From NCBI RefSeq assembly GCF_009834535.1, contig NC_045696.1:39124001-39188000 (forward strand): a stretch of DNA of 64,000 bases, in the 5' to 3' direction. A model generated the notes under the pieces. That model was not told where the DNA came from. It worked only from the letters and a program-made list of their open reading frames with translations, and ran no database searches. Position 1 is the stretch's first letter, and every line of letters starts with the position of its first letter. Source of the DNA: Camelus ferus (taxonomy: Eukaryota). This document shows positions 13,492 to 27,500 of the stretch, one piece after another. Both the position numbers and the translations under genes were made by a program.

Positions 13492-16400
13492 CTAGGCAGA
13501 GAGAAAAAGAGACACGTCAAAGCCAGTAGGAACACAGTTCAGGATTACCAATCAACCCTATTAGTCTCGACTGGTTTCCACGGGTGTTAATGACTTATAC
13601 GTGAATAGCTTCTATTGTATTTTCAGATTTAGATTTAGAATGAAGCTACTGAGCTTCAGTTACAGAGCCTCTCCCTCACCTGGACTCTGGTGAATGTTGA
13701 GAGTTTCTGAAAACTATCAAGTAGTCAAGTTGGTGAAAGGAAACAGGTTATAAGTGGAAAGCATTTCTACCTAAGCATCCTGGTAAATCACCTAAAGAGA
13801 TCTCAGAAGAAAGGGACCTGAAACCCCATGGCCTAGTATTTTATTTTAATTTCTTTTCTCACTATAAATACATACTCACTTTTATACTTGATTTTGTATC
13901 TGTAAATTGATATTGTGTTTGTTAAAGAAGACCTCCCCACGTGGGAGAAGCTACAGTCCCACAAAAACCTGGACACAGCCTTTACTGCAGCTGTTAGTGG
14001 AAGGCATGTTGTCAGAGGTCCTGGGACAGAGACACTGATCTCCCTCAGCTTAAGAGACGAAATGAATACCATGAAATGGTGGTCCTGAAATTCAAGGGTG
14101 CAAAAGAATCACCTGTGAATTTGTTAAAATGGCACATTCCCCAGAAGCTAGTTCCCAGAGACTCTGGCCCAGTATGGCTCAGGGATTTCAATTGTTAACG
14201 TGCATTCCAGTTGTAAGGAGGCAAGGATGAGAAGAAAAAGCTGTGTTAACATTATTTTAGCAGAAAAAAATCGGTTATGTCAATAATTTGAGCTCTGTTT
14301 GACTCTCAGATGCTACATTTAATGTTTTGTTTGTTTGAACAGAAACTTTCTTATCTTGGTCCAAGTCACAGGTTTGGGTAACGACAGTGTACTTCACCTT
14401 TCACAACTGCTTACTTCTTACTGTCATTTATTTCCCAGCAATACTCAGTTTTTTTTTTCTTGAACTAATACGTATGACAGAACTTTGACATTTATTATAT
14501 AAGCAAAGGGTAAATCTCACTAAACCACAAATAAGTCATCAGGCAACAGTGAGCTCCTTTGTTTTTCAGAATAGAGGTATATTGTATCATTGTTCTGGGT
14601 TAATCTGGGAGCACCAGGCATATGCAGTTTTGGATTAGGGTAAGGGTGAATAAACAGAATGATTCATCCATCACCAAAACACCATGACACAGGGAACTGT
14701 GTGGGTTACCGTATGGATTGCTTTAATAAGCATATATTTAGAATCAGACACTCAGTATGATCTGAAGGGCCCTGGCAAATACTGAGCCTGTGAAGGCACG
14801 TGGCCGACACTGGTGCCTGTCAGTGATGTATGAGCATCACGGCTACTTGGCACCATCATGAGAAGGAGGCTGAACAGCATGTTGGGAGGAGAGCAGGGCG
14901 AAACTGAAAGGGATTGAAAGTGAATTCACGGTGGGGCAAGGGAGGGTGGGAAAGTGATAAATGAGAAGCAAGAGAGGCCAACACTGGGGGTCACTGATAA
15001 TTAGAGAGCATTTTCAAGTTGGGCGTGGAGAACGCAGTTGTTTTTGCTGATACTGAGTACCAAGGCTGACCTTAGTCAGCAGAGAGGGATGAGGTCGTTT
15101 TAGGGGCTGCGGGGTACAGACAGTGAGAAGTTTAGATGCAAACTGGGTCATTCAGGGATGACTTCGCGATTATATCAGGAGAGCGGAACTGAGAGCCTAC
15201 TTCTGGAGCACAAGATGCTCAAGGAAATATCAGTAAAAGCCACTTTTGTTCGGAGAAGAGCCAACGCTTTCTAACCAAGGCATTTTCGAGTAGTTGGTAG
15301 TATTGGTGCTTAAAATGAAGGAAGTTTCATTAAAGGCTTGATATTGAACTGAAATAAATATTGACTTAGATAATGACAGGGACCAGAAGGACATTAACTG
15401 AAGATTAAAATGAGATGTCGGATCATAGAGGATTTTGCTTTGACTTTTCTGGACTTTTTATGTGTTATAATTTTTCTTTTAGCTATCACTCGGATCGTAA
15501 TGACTGGTTAGAAGAATCACTATCAATAAAAATACTAAGTGTATATATGAAAAGGTTATTTGATCTTTCAATTAAGTAATTTATATTTTTCTAGGTCCTG
15601 CTTCCTTAAGAGAGCCCTACTTTATTCTCTCTCTTTAAAAAATTTTTATCTTTAATTGCGGTATTTGCATACTAAAAATAATATAATAGAATCTAAATTT
15701 CAAAACTGAATTCTATGGAAAACACTATATATAAGCTACAATTCATATACCAAAAATACTTTTATTCCAAAAAGTACCCTAAAGCTTCTGAAAATTTCAC
15801 AAAAGCCTACATGTAAAAGATTCCAGAAAGGGGGGTGAAATGCAAGGATTAATGTGCATAACCATGTACACGAAATGACTAGGTTGTATAAACAACAAAC
15901 TAAACCTTTCCAGATGGAAAATAGAGTTTGAAATGAAAGTAGTTCATACCCTCTCTAGTCACGGAGGAGGTATTCCCTGGTTTTATTTTTGACCCCCTCC
16001 CACCTCAAAATGAGCTTCCATAGTCAAAGTAGAAAATGAAAGACAATAAGCATTTGGCCAAGGGTTGCAACCCCAGATGACCCTGGGCACCAGGGAGGAA
16101 ACATCAGTGAATAAAGCAGGACGAATGAAGAGGAAAGCCAGGCATGGTTTCCAGGGCACACTGCAGGGCACAGGCCCCCCGGGATGGCTCTCACAAACTC
16201 CCTAATGCTTTGTGGGGAGGTGGGAACAAAACTAAATTTCGGACCAAAGCCAAAACTGATACCACCACCAAAACCAAAACATACTCAGAGCTGCATCTTA
16301 CCAGTTAGTACCCGTGAGAGCCCTTGTCAATAACAGGTGCTCACAGTGTAGTCTGATAGGAAATAAAAGGAATGCAATTACAGGAGATGATGGAAAAGAC

Positions 16401-17533
16401 AGCACAATTGAAGAGAACAAAATTAGGAGGAAAGTGATTCAAATGCAAGAATATACACCAATTAGGTAACAACAAGGAAATGGACATTGTAAATTTGAAA
16501 CTATAAAGCACTTTTTATTTGGCATAGAAAAATACTAAAATGGGCTACACAAAACTCTAAAACATGAACAAATTAATAGAACAGTAGAAGGTAAAAAGGA
16601 ATTCCATCTATAATGCATGTGATTGTGCGCGGAAGCTAGTTGTGGTACGAAGCACTATTTCTTAAAGTAAAATCTCAATAAGACCTGGAAACGTTTTAAA
16701 TGAAAAATGGTTCTGGTAATTATGTAGACACGGTGGTTCTAAAGTAAGAATAGAGAAAATAAAATGGGGAAATTATGGTAGTGGATATTAAAACATAAAA
16801 ATAGCAAAAATGGTAAAACTGAGTTGGGGGTTAGGGAACAGGAAACAAAAAAGTAAGGCATGCAATCTGCCAAAGAAGACAGAAAAAGGCTAAAAGGAAG
16901 GTTGAATATGGTAACAATTGGTCACTTTAAAGTTTTAGGGACAATGGGTTTAAGTAATACTCCATAAAAATGACAGATATTCAAAATGAAAGAACAGCAG
17001 TCTCTTCTAGGTTTCTAGAAAAAGAAAGGAATGGACAATATTTTCTTAATTTAACTTGTTAGTCCTATGAGTTTTTAGAAATCCTTTTTTTTTTATCCTG
17101 TTATTATTTGTCTACAGATAAGCAAATTTAGTATCGACTGAGATATTTGGAAAGAGTCCATCCACCCAGGTTCAGCTGTCTATCATCTTACGGTTTAGGA
17201 CTCATGGCTGTGATTTCATATTTCACATATATTATGATCATCTTTCTTCTTGTACAGTTGTTCCTGGTTCATGTCACACAGCTAAATATACCACGATGTC
17301 CTTCAGTGCTCCACCACCGTAAAACCATTAGAAGGAAAAGAGGGAAGGAATGAGAATGGAAAACAAGGAAAGAAAGAAGTGAATATAAGAGAGGAAAGCA
17401 ACTTCCAATTTATTAAGCAAAGTAGGAAAAATAAATAACATACACGATCAAGATGATCTATTAAAACACCACTGATTTTGACACCGTTGAGACCCTACCC
17501 TTTCAGAAAAAAGTGTCTCATGGAGAAACTTAC

Positions 17534-17601
17534 CATGTTAACCTCGGAAATGCTGTCAATGCTTTCAACCTGGACATCTATACCCACTGGCACTGGAGAT
17601 C
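17534..17601 (-). CDS. GABRR3: GABRR3 coding exon 3 (68 nt)
   Basis: Encodes (G)SPVPVGIDVQVESIDSISEVNM. 68 nt is the typical size of this GABA-A exon. AG and GTAAG boundaries. Confidence 0.96.
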
Positions 17602-20600
17602 CTTCAGAAAGAATAGATAATATAACGAGGAATCAAGGTTATTTTGGAAACATTTAAAGTGAAGAGAGGTCAATGTTGCAAATGAATTATTTCTCAAGTT
17701 TTAACGATAAATCTCTCCATTATTTATTGATATATTAGTACACACTCAGAGCAGTGTGTATTAATAGTAGTAATAGTAGTGTGTACTCAGGAGCAGAGTA
17801 GTCCTGAAGTTCATGACTCTGGGAAATGTGGGAGACTTTTTTCTCTCACCAAAAATCAGCCTCTTTCACTTGGATGGTGCACAGCAGGCTAGAGGAACAC
17901 ACTGCTATTCCAGTGCTACACAGGGATGCCGCGCATTCAGAAGTGTCCCTTCCCAGATCATCAGTAACCACAGCCTGCATTTGGGACGAAGCAAACGACC
18001 TGAGAAATGCATTTGCTGAGAGTAACCTGAAAGTCAGAATGAGAGCAACTTCAGACAGACAACTGCTGAGATTGGTTTGCAGCTGGGTGTCACAGGCTCT
18101 GGTTCATGGGCCCAGAGAACAGAGAATCCAGGCCAGACTGAGACCAGGACACTTCCTTGTCACACCTGAGGGTCTCACCGGTTCTGTGTGATGGGATGCT
18201 GATGTTAATAACTTCACTATTTAGTATTTGTATGTGAAATTTGATGCAGATATATATTACAATAATTTATATATTTATACATAGAGTCTTCACATGTTTT
18301 CTTTCCATGGAGAGCAATTCTCAATTAAATTTTATAGTCCCCAGTTTAAAAATACTTTCAACTCCTTGTTGAAAAAACAGAAATCTTGCCTAGATGGATC
18401 CCAGGTGGCTGTGTCAATCAAGATTTTGGGATTCAGAAGGGTCAGGCCAGAAAATCCTCCTTCCTTACTGAGCTAATTAATGTCTGGGTGTACCACATGT
18501 GACATATATGTGCATATAGGTCAATAAAGCACCTAATCATTGTGTTTTAAATGTACAACACATTATAAAATGAGACAAGCCTCGCCAGTCCCTGTCCACC
18601 ATCTATGAGTCCCTCCATTAATTGGCTGACATGACCTTCTCTTTATCAACACAAGCTCCCTTTTCTGCTCCCTAAGTCTAAACCTTCTTACTTATGAGGA
18701 CGCAGCTGGCCTGTCACTAGAATGTATCTCTGCTTCAGGCTTTAGGAATACCTCATTTGCATCTTAACCACCAACTACTTCCTGCCATATTGGACCAATT
18801 ACTTTCTACAACATTAGTAATGACAGTTCTATTAAATATTTATTTAATGATAATTATGATTAAGCACTGACTTGGGAACAGCTTAATATTATTCCTGTAT
18901 TGATTTCAGCTCTGATGCTTTTATTTTGTTTTGTTTGCCTTTTTTCTTGAATTGGTAGAGATATCAAAATAAAAATTCATGGAAAGATCTCATGTCTGGC
19001 CCCACACAGCCTTTCAGGATGAGTAAATCTTCCCGTTAACTCCAGTACTCTAAGGGACTGAAGGGACTGGAGAGGTCTGAAAGAGGGAGCAGAATGTCCT
19101 GGAGAAAATTCCGGCATGTTAATACCAGACTGGAGTTGGAACTCAGCTCCACAACTCACCTGTGATCTAGGGTCAGTAACTTCTCTAAGCTTAGCTTTCT
19201 TGGCTATAAGATCTGAGTAGTAGTACTCACCTTGGAGACTTATTTAAGGACTAGAAATAATACTCAGTTAGTACTCGATAAATGGCACAGAATGTTACTG
19301 CTACTGAAATTCAGCCAAACTGTGAGTCTGCTCCTAGGACTGCAAACCATAATTCCCAATCCTGCACTCAGACATTCAGACAATCAGTCCACTCTTCATA
19401 ACAAATGATCCAGTGCCTCTCAGAGAGAATCATGACTTGTGAGTAGGACCCAGTTACCGATGACTATCCCTGCAAGTCTGGGGACGGTCTTATAAAGCCA
19501 CTGTACAAGGACACATTCATGCCACCACTGACAAGCACCGGGCCCTTGAGGTTATTTGAAGGCTGGTCTGACAGTGGTACAAACATGGCTTGTCCTTTAG
19601 CAGTGGATTCCTGGAAACATCTTAGATTCTTCTGTCTTCTCTCTGGTTTGTTCTAGTCTTGTGGGGATGAGCTCTTGCATCTTGAAGGGAAGTATTTGTC
19701 CTCAGATGCCATCTGACCTCATTTTTGTCTCCTTTGCATTCCACGGCCACATGTACCTTACTCCCGGGTCTAGGACTCTAACCTGTGCTCTGAAATTCTT
19801 GAGGACAGAGTGGAGGGTGAGGGCATGGAAAGGCAAGATGCAGAATCACAGCATTTTGGAGCTGGATAAAAGCGCCAAAGAACATTCTTTCTATAAAATA
19901 GGAGCTGAGTCCCAGAGAGGGTGGCGATAAAGCAGATAGGTTAAAAATTATGAAATCTGTAGCCACAGAAACCTGAGTTAAAGCCAAACTTCTGTAAATC
20001 CTCTCTTCTATGCCTTAGTATGCTCATCTGTAAAACAGGGGAAATAAGTATATGGTGTGTGTCTAATGGGGTTGCTGTGAGACCAAATAAAAGAATGCAT
20101 GCCAAGTCGTTAGCCAAACCCCATTGAAATGTCTTAACCAACTCGTTCCATATCTCTTGCATCAGTAATATATATAGCATGAATAATAACCATTCCATAA
20201 ATACTTTTATTAATTCCCTACATAAAACATTTGGAATCCAGTAAAAATTAAATAAATGTTAACTGTTTTATGATTATGGCATTGATCTCCCAGGATCAAT
20301 GACTAGGCAGTCGCAGAGACTTACCCTGCTCCCTTCATGTGTGAAGACAGGTGAGCAGTCTGGTTTTTGTGCATGCTGAGATAAGGAGAGCTAAGTAAAA
20401 GTTATTCATTTTATTTGTGTAGTGCATTTAAAATACTTGATATGTTATCTCATGTTATCATTACAGCCATTTTGTTAGGTAGCTGGGTAGAAACAATTGG
20501 AGCTCCGTTTGACATATATGGGAAGTCATGCTCAGAGAGGCTGAGAACTTGCCTGAAACCCAGAGCCAGTGAATGCAGGGGTACAGCCAGGTCCCTCTGG

Positions 20601-21160
20601 CTCCTGGTCTAGTCGGCCCGTTTGACAAGCAAAGACTAGACAAGTGGCTTTTACAACTCTAGCTTCGGTTTTGACTCAGTAGCCGGTATCTAGATGCCGA
20701 ATTGATTTCACTTTAAAGAAACAAAGACATCATCATCTATAAGACTAAAACAAAAAAGCCCTTAGTTATGAGAGCTGTAAAGGGGAGGGAAAACATAAAT
20801 AAAGAAAATGAGCTGCAATTTATAACCCAAGTTAAACAAAATGCTCCTCTAAATTTATATCCTCCTGTTTCTACATAATGAGTCAATTAATCTTCTAATG
20901 CTTTATAAAAGTAAAAAACACTGTGGTAGCAGCTGGTTTTAATGTTACAGCTAATTAGGAAAACATTAAGGCAAGAGAAGTGCTGAAGTTACATTTAACT
21001 CAAGAGGAAAGGAGTATGTGTGTGTGTTAGTGTTACAGACAAGTAGAAAGGGAGAGGAGATAAATTTAAGTCTGTCTTTAACAACCTGCAGTCTGATTTT
21101 CCCAGGAAGGCAAGTTTGAGAGAGCAGAGAATGGGTCACTGATATAAAAAGCTGTTATGC

Positions 21161-21300
21161 GGGGGGAAGGTATAACTCTGTGGTAGAGCACATGCTTGGC
21201 CTGCATGAGGTCCTGGGCTCCATCCCCAGTACCTCCATTAAGTTAAAAAATAAATAAATAAACTCAATTACCCCCAAAATTATTCTAAAAAAATTAAAAA
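21161..21300 (+). mobile_element. tRNA-Ala-derived SINE (vic-1-like)
   Basis: A tRNA-Ala(AGC)-like head (ggtataactctgtggtagagcacatgctt...gaggtcctgggctccatccccagtacctcc) is followed by an (aaat)n and A-rich tail. Confidence 0.8.
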
Positions 21301-21720
21301 ATAAACTGTTCTCACCAAGACAAGAGGAGGTTAAGGAATATATTTCACAGAGCTACCAGACTGACACTTCTGACTGAATTTATGCATTTTTCTGCCTGAA
21401 CTGACTGAACACGCAAGCCGTTTGGATACCATTTAGCCCCAGTCCACGATTGTCAGAAAAATTTCTTAATCGTGGGATGATTTGCCACCTGCCACTAAGT
21501 AGCACATTTCAATTGCATTTTTAAGAACCCCACAAAGTAGCCTCAGGGAAAAAAAAATTGTTTAAAAAAATGTTAACACGCATCTCTAACAGATCAGGAG
21601 AAGTGGAAATTTAAGGTCAATTTTATGTTTTCCTGGGGGATGGGGATGATATAGAAAAGGGAGAATAAAGGCATAAATGTTTTAAGATAAAAGCAGAGGG
21701 TCAGCTCTTAGTAATCTATG

Positions 21721-21890
21721 ACAGTGCTTCGCAAATTGTAAAGTGTACTGGATTCACCTGGGGATTGTGTTAAAAATGCAGATTTTGATTCAGAAAACTT
21801 GGGGTGGGGCCTGATCGTCTGCGTTTCTAACTCGCTTCCAGGTGATTCTGCTGCTGGTCCTCGGACCACTTTGAGCTACAAAGTCTAGAG
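21721..21890. mobile_element. MER5-like hAT-Charlie MITE (others at ~14085-14210, 24785-24970, 58310-58510, 58780-58930)
   Basis: Contains cagtgcttcgcaaa...tcacctggg...aaaatgcagatt...ggtggggcctga...caggtgattctg...gaccactttgag. Confidence 0.75.
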
Positions 21891-22128
21891 CGCTCGTTTC
21901 AAGGTCCAAATTCAAGGACAGTAATTTTTCTCTTAATCTTTCTGGCTTTTAACGGTCTAAAATAGGCCCATAAAAAGCCTTTCCTCTAGGACAGGAATTC
22001 ATTTATTTGAGGAACCTAACCTGACAGGAATTAGGGCAGGTTTTTGAATTGCTGTTGAGGAGAGTACATCACTCTGAGCTGCTGAAGTCTACTCCAGAGG
22101 TGTCTATTTCAAACCATTCCTGTGAGTC

Positions 22129-22146
22129 TTGCGCCCTCTAGTGGCT
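22129..22146 (-). promoter_or_regulatory. CTCF-binding motif
   Basis: GCGCCCTCTAGTGG at 22131-22144 reads CCACTAGAGGGCGC on the minus strand, a full match to the core consensus CCASYAGRKGGCRS. Confidence 0.65.
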
Positions 22147-22789
22147 TTACAGACTCATAGCCGGGCAAATTTAACTTCGTAAGATTTTCTCCGACTAAAC
22201 GTTTGGTAGTAGGGCAAAGATTTTAGAAACTCTTTATAGAGACCAAGGTTCAGAATACCTGCATGATAGTCACAAGAGTATATTATCCAAAGTCTTGGTA
22301 AATTTGGTTAGGGGAAAGAAACAATCTATCAGGAGTAGTAGTTAAGGCCCAGACATCCGTAGGAGAATTGTGGTAAGAATGACACATCTGAGAAGTAGTG
22401 ATGTAAAATAAAACAAAAACAAAAACAAACATAAACAAAAAACCCCCAGAAGATAAGGAAACAGACTTAAAAGTAAAAAACGCACACGTCTTTAAACTTG
22501 ATTTATTCTGAGGCTTTTAAAATCTTAAATTAGGTTCAGAAAGTGTGAGAAATGCTCTGGAAAAACAAAAACATTTACACTCACCATGACTTAATCTGAT
22601 GATGATAATCTGATTGAGTAGTTATCGAATGTGATTCTCAGATTGGCAGCATCAGTATCACCTAGAAATTTATAAGACATGCACACTGGTGGCCCCACCA
22701 TATCTAGTGAATCTAGGCCTCTGTGGGTACAGTCCAGTGATATGTGTTAAGAAGCCCCCAGGTGCTCTGATGCTTGCTGAAGTTTGCAT

Positions 22790-23180
22790 AGCTGTACACC
22801 AGAAATTGACACAACACTGTAAACTGACTATATTTCAAAAAAACAAAAGACAAATGAACTTATTTACAAAACATAAACCGACTTACAGACATAGAAAACA
22901 AACTTATGGTTACACAGGGGGGAAGGGGGTGGGAAGGGATAAATTGGGAGCTCTAGATTTGCAGATACTAATATATATATATATATAAAATAGATAAACA
23001 AAAAATTTATACTGTATAACACAGGGAACTATATTCAATATCTTGTAGTAACCTATGGTGAAAAAGAATATGAAAACAAATATATACATATGTTCCTGTA
23101 TGACTGAAGTATTGTGCTGTACACCAGAAATTGACACAACATTATAAAGTGACTATGCTTCAATAAAAAAATAAATTAAA
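22790..23180 (+). mobile_element. L1 3' ends (a ~50-bp terminal piece followed by a ~330-bp 3' UTR piece) next to a MER5-like fragment
   Basis: gctgtacaccagaaattgacacaaca occurs twice (~22791 and ~23117), each time followed by an A-tail. Confidence 0.8.
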
Positions 23181-24415
23181 TTTGCATCATTAGCCTAATA
23201 AAATCAAAATCAGACCCTTAGAGTTGCAACCCAATAGATTCCAGGAAATTAAAGATCAAAAACCAAACAACCCTCAACATAACAGCTACCTGATGTACTT
23301 CTTAACCTGTTAACAAGTTAGTTTTCTATGGTACCTACATGCCTGTTTGCTTCCCTTTGTCACAGACACAATATGATGAGTATCAAGTTCTCCCCACCCA
23401 CTGCTGAGGACTTCAAGTATTAGTTGCTTATCAAAAAGTGGTACCTCTGGGGGATCCTGCTTCCTCACTCCCACACTCACTTCTCTTATCTCCACATCTC
23501 TAGCATGAAAAGCTGTCAGTTCAGGAATCATGGGACTGGGGGACCTTAGGTCACTGGCAGAAGAGTCAGGATGGATTTAGCAGTAAGGTAGAGAGTTCAG
23601 TTCAACTGGTTGATTTCACCACATCCTGTCTCTCTCTCGAAAACTTGGTACCCTCAGTGGTACTACTATGCCAGTTAAATAATCTGAGGGCAGGAAAGGC
23701 TTTGTTCCAAGGGCATCCATCTAATACGGCTTGCTTCTGTTCTTACTTGTCCTTGCATCTTGGTTCTACCATTTACTGCTTTTTCATGTCCTTGAGCAAA
23801 TTTCTCAACCTTTCTAAGCCCCAGTTTCCACACCAGAATATGAAGGATCATAATAATGCCTACTTCACAGGGTCACCGTGAGGGTGGAATGAGGCGGTGC
23901 GTCAGAGGGCTTAGCACAGTGCCTGCCACTCCAACATTTCCATCAATTTTGGTTGCCAGACATGATAAGAAGAAAACACCTCAGTAGAGGTGGTTCACAG
24001 GGAGCCATGGCGTTTGGCATGCTAGTTCTTCCACAGAAGTCAGGCATTCCAGCTCACAGGAATAGCCAACATGATTTTATGAGTATTATCATGTAACCCA
24101 ATATAACATTTTAATTAAAACAATAAGTTGCTGTATGGGCAGGATATATACATTGACTATTTTCTGAACACATTCTATTTATCGAACACCTATTTACAAT
24201 AATATATATAGTAAAACATTGAGTCTTTTCGGTTAATTTAAAATGCATACATTATCAATGGTTATTTAAGAGAAGATCACTATAAAAGGTTTTTTGTTTT
24301 TGTTCTTTTTTAAATTGATGGTCTTGTGTTTTGGTTGCAATTGCTTCAAATTTTCAACTCAGTTCTGACAGCACAATGGCACACGGCACGAGAGTTTTGT
24401 AAAGACAGTACTCAC

Positions 24416-24528
24416 CTCCAAATCCAGGTCTCATTGCAAAGTCATGGTCCTCTATGTGGAGAAGTTGCTTGTATTTCAGGGGCCACACTTTGGTGCTGTC
24501 GTCTTTCCTCATTCTAGTTTCTTGTTTG
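24416..24528 (-). CDS. GABRR3: GABRR3 coding exon 2 (113 nt)
   Basis: Encodes KQETRMRKDDSTKVWPLKYKQLLHIEDHDFAMRPGFG(G), with the RPGFGG motif of rho subunits. AG acceptor at 24529-30 and GTGAG donor at 24411-15. Confidence 0.95.
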
Positions 24529-27500
24529 CTGTACCTTCAGGGGAGAAAAATGCTTTTGAGATATATATGCTTCTGGATATTTCAATTTAGGTTAGCTTTC
24601 TGTGCTCAACATGGTATGCTCTAAAATAGCCACATAAAAGCTCACTTTTTTCAGTTCATATTACATGTGACCAAAGATCCGCCAAAATTTACTCTTTATT
24701 ATGTGAGGGTGGGGCAGGGAAGGTAAAAAAAATCTTGGAGTACCTTAAATGACAAACTGAGTTTGGATGTAATTACTGAAGAGCAGTGTTTCTCAGAATA
24801 TGGTTTTTAGTAGGCAAACCTGGTCACTACCACCTGGGTGGAGGTGATCAAGGCTGAGATCCATAGACCCTATCCCAGATCAGTGAAAACAGAACCAGAG
24901 GAAACAGGGCCTTGGGATCTGCATTCAACGTGCTAGCTAAGTGGTTCTTGGAGTCACTGAGGCTAAACTACTTCTTGCACCAAGACAGTGAAGAAAGAAA
25001 AAAAAAAAGCCCTGCAAAATTGTAAATTGATGAACACAGTGTTTTACAAAGACAAAATATGCAAAAAGTGTAAGTGGAGGCTTAGATCAGAGGAAGAAGC
25101 CCTGCAGTAGATCCTGGCTCTTGAGAGAAGGCGATGGGAACGGACAGGGAGAGCAGCCGCAGGGGAAACGGATGTGCTGATGGCCGACTGGCCTTGACGG
25201 CAGGTACAGCCCTGAAGTAGGTGCAGCTTACTTCACTGCAGTTTTCTAGCACAAAGGCAAAGAGGGGTGGCCTGATGGGTGAGTGTGGAGTCCCAACCTG
25301 GGAGTGAAGCCTGCCTGCTCCCTGGTCTGTGAACTCGCTGGGTCTCACTGACTCATTTCCTATCCCGTGACACATACTTCCCAGCGATGTTATACGTGCA
25401 GCAGCAGAATGTCTGTGGAAGCCCAGCCCTTCTATAAGTGACAGGTAGCTGTCTTCTTGTCCCAGGTGCCCCAGACTCTGCTCAGCGCCTCCTTCCAGGA
25501 GAGCATGCCTGTCATCATCAGCAGCAGCAGTAACATGAGACACTTAGGAATCTACTGGGTGAATTCCAGTTACTCTGAATTTCTGATTTGCTTTTGCACA
25601 GATACATGTCTTCTTCAGAAAGTATATGTACCTTTTTTGTGTGTGCTCTTTTTTTATTGAAGTAAAGTCAGTTTACAATGTCATGTCAATTTCTGTTAGA
25701 AAACACATGTACATTTTTAACATACGACTTGCGGAAGCAATTTCTTAACTCAATAAAGTGACTTTGATAGTGGGAATTTCACATCCTGAAGCAGCTGGTT
25801 TAAGAAACATGTCCAGGCTTATGGGCACCTGAGATCACCCAGTGTGGTCTTTCAACAGGGAAGTTTCCAGCTGAAACCCTCAGAAATTTATGTATGTATT
25901 TTTGCCATTGATAGAAACAGGGAGGTTGGAGGAGCAAATCTGTTTTGGGTAGAAGACAAATGAGTTTGATCTGAAACATAAGTCATTTTATCCTATGAAT
26001 AATGGAACACATAGAACTATTTCTTCCAAGGATCTCAAAGTAACTAGAAAACTTCTTTCAAGGAGCTAGGATGAACCACTTACTATAAAAGTAATAGCAG
26101 CTAGTTTTTATTAAATACCTACTATGTTCAAGGCCCCCCACAAGATGTTCTGTAAATATAATCTTCTTTGGCCTGTATCTGAATCACCACGTTTGCTGGA
26201 CCCCCATGCCCAGAGTTTCTGATTTCATAGTTTTGGGTTATAACATTTGCACTTATAACAATTTCTCAGGAGAACTACTGGCCTAGAAGATAGTAGATAT
26301 TTAATAAAAGCTAGCTAATTATTATTTTAAGAAAAATGGAATGTAACTTTGTGTGGAAACTCATGGAAATCTGTGAACTCCTTTGGTAACATAGCACAAC
26401 AAAATGGCACATTTCTAACACTCTTTTCAGAAGCGTACATTTCCATGAGGTTGGAAGGGATAAATCTAATTAATAAGAATCCCAAGAACAATAAACACGG
26501 CCTGTGCTATGAAGGGTACTCCTGGCAGTGCCTGAAAGCACGTGCTCCTGTTCTTAGCTGTGGGCTCTTCTGAGGCCCAGTGCGATGTCCCATCTATTTA
26601 TTTTTGACCTTATTTATACATCATCTACTTCTCAAAAAGGTTTATATGGCTTAGGTATCCTCTGAAAGAATTTCAAAAACCTCACACATACTTAAGTAGA
26701 CATCAAACAATTTTTTTCACCATAAAATTTAAAATTACTTAATATTGATAATTTAAACTAAAACTTATATGCCTCCTTTTACTGTATCCCATGAACCTAA
26801 AATATCCACATTAAACATTTAAAAATAAGCTCTTTAAAAACCAGAAATTTGATCTCACTCCTTATTTTCTTGGAACTTTCATTTCCATTTTATTTCCTTT
26901 ATAGAATTTTATCACCCCATCATGCTTCTTGGCAAGAAACTGTATGTATACATTGAAATGAACTTTTTTTAAAGCCTCTATGATGATTACAAATGGAGCA
27001 AAACACAACTTATACAAATGTTGATAAATACTTACTAAAAATATGAATTAAATTTTATTGGAGATGTATTTCTTAATGAAGTGATGGTACATTTCCCCCA
27101 ATTATTTCATGCATTTGTATATGGATATTACTCATTGAATGTGTTACTTCTCGTCTTTTTGATAAAACCCTTTTTAATTGGTGTGAGGTGATACCTCATT
27201 GTGGTTTTGATTTGCATTTCCCTGATCCTATTTTTTACTTTTATAAATGAAAATATTGAAAAAGCTTGTTCCTATATGTAAGTACATGGAGTTTGAAGGA
27301 ATGTAACTTAATTATTTAAATTCTTTCTTACTTATTTTCCAGAATTCACATTGTGGCCCATCATCAACAATTATTTCTAATGATTTTGTTTCCTGACAAA
27401 TTAATACGTTTCTTTATTCAATTTTGTTGAAATCAAGGGAAAAAAAAAGGAAATCACCCAGTTTGGAGAAGGACGTTTTATTTGAACTAAAGTCATCTCC

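Noticed and set aside
25082..25543. 153-aa minus-strand ORF in GC-richer intronic sequence
   Set aside because: No recognisable domain or splice context; consistent with a chance ORF.
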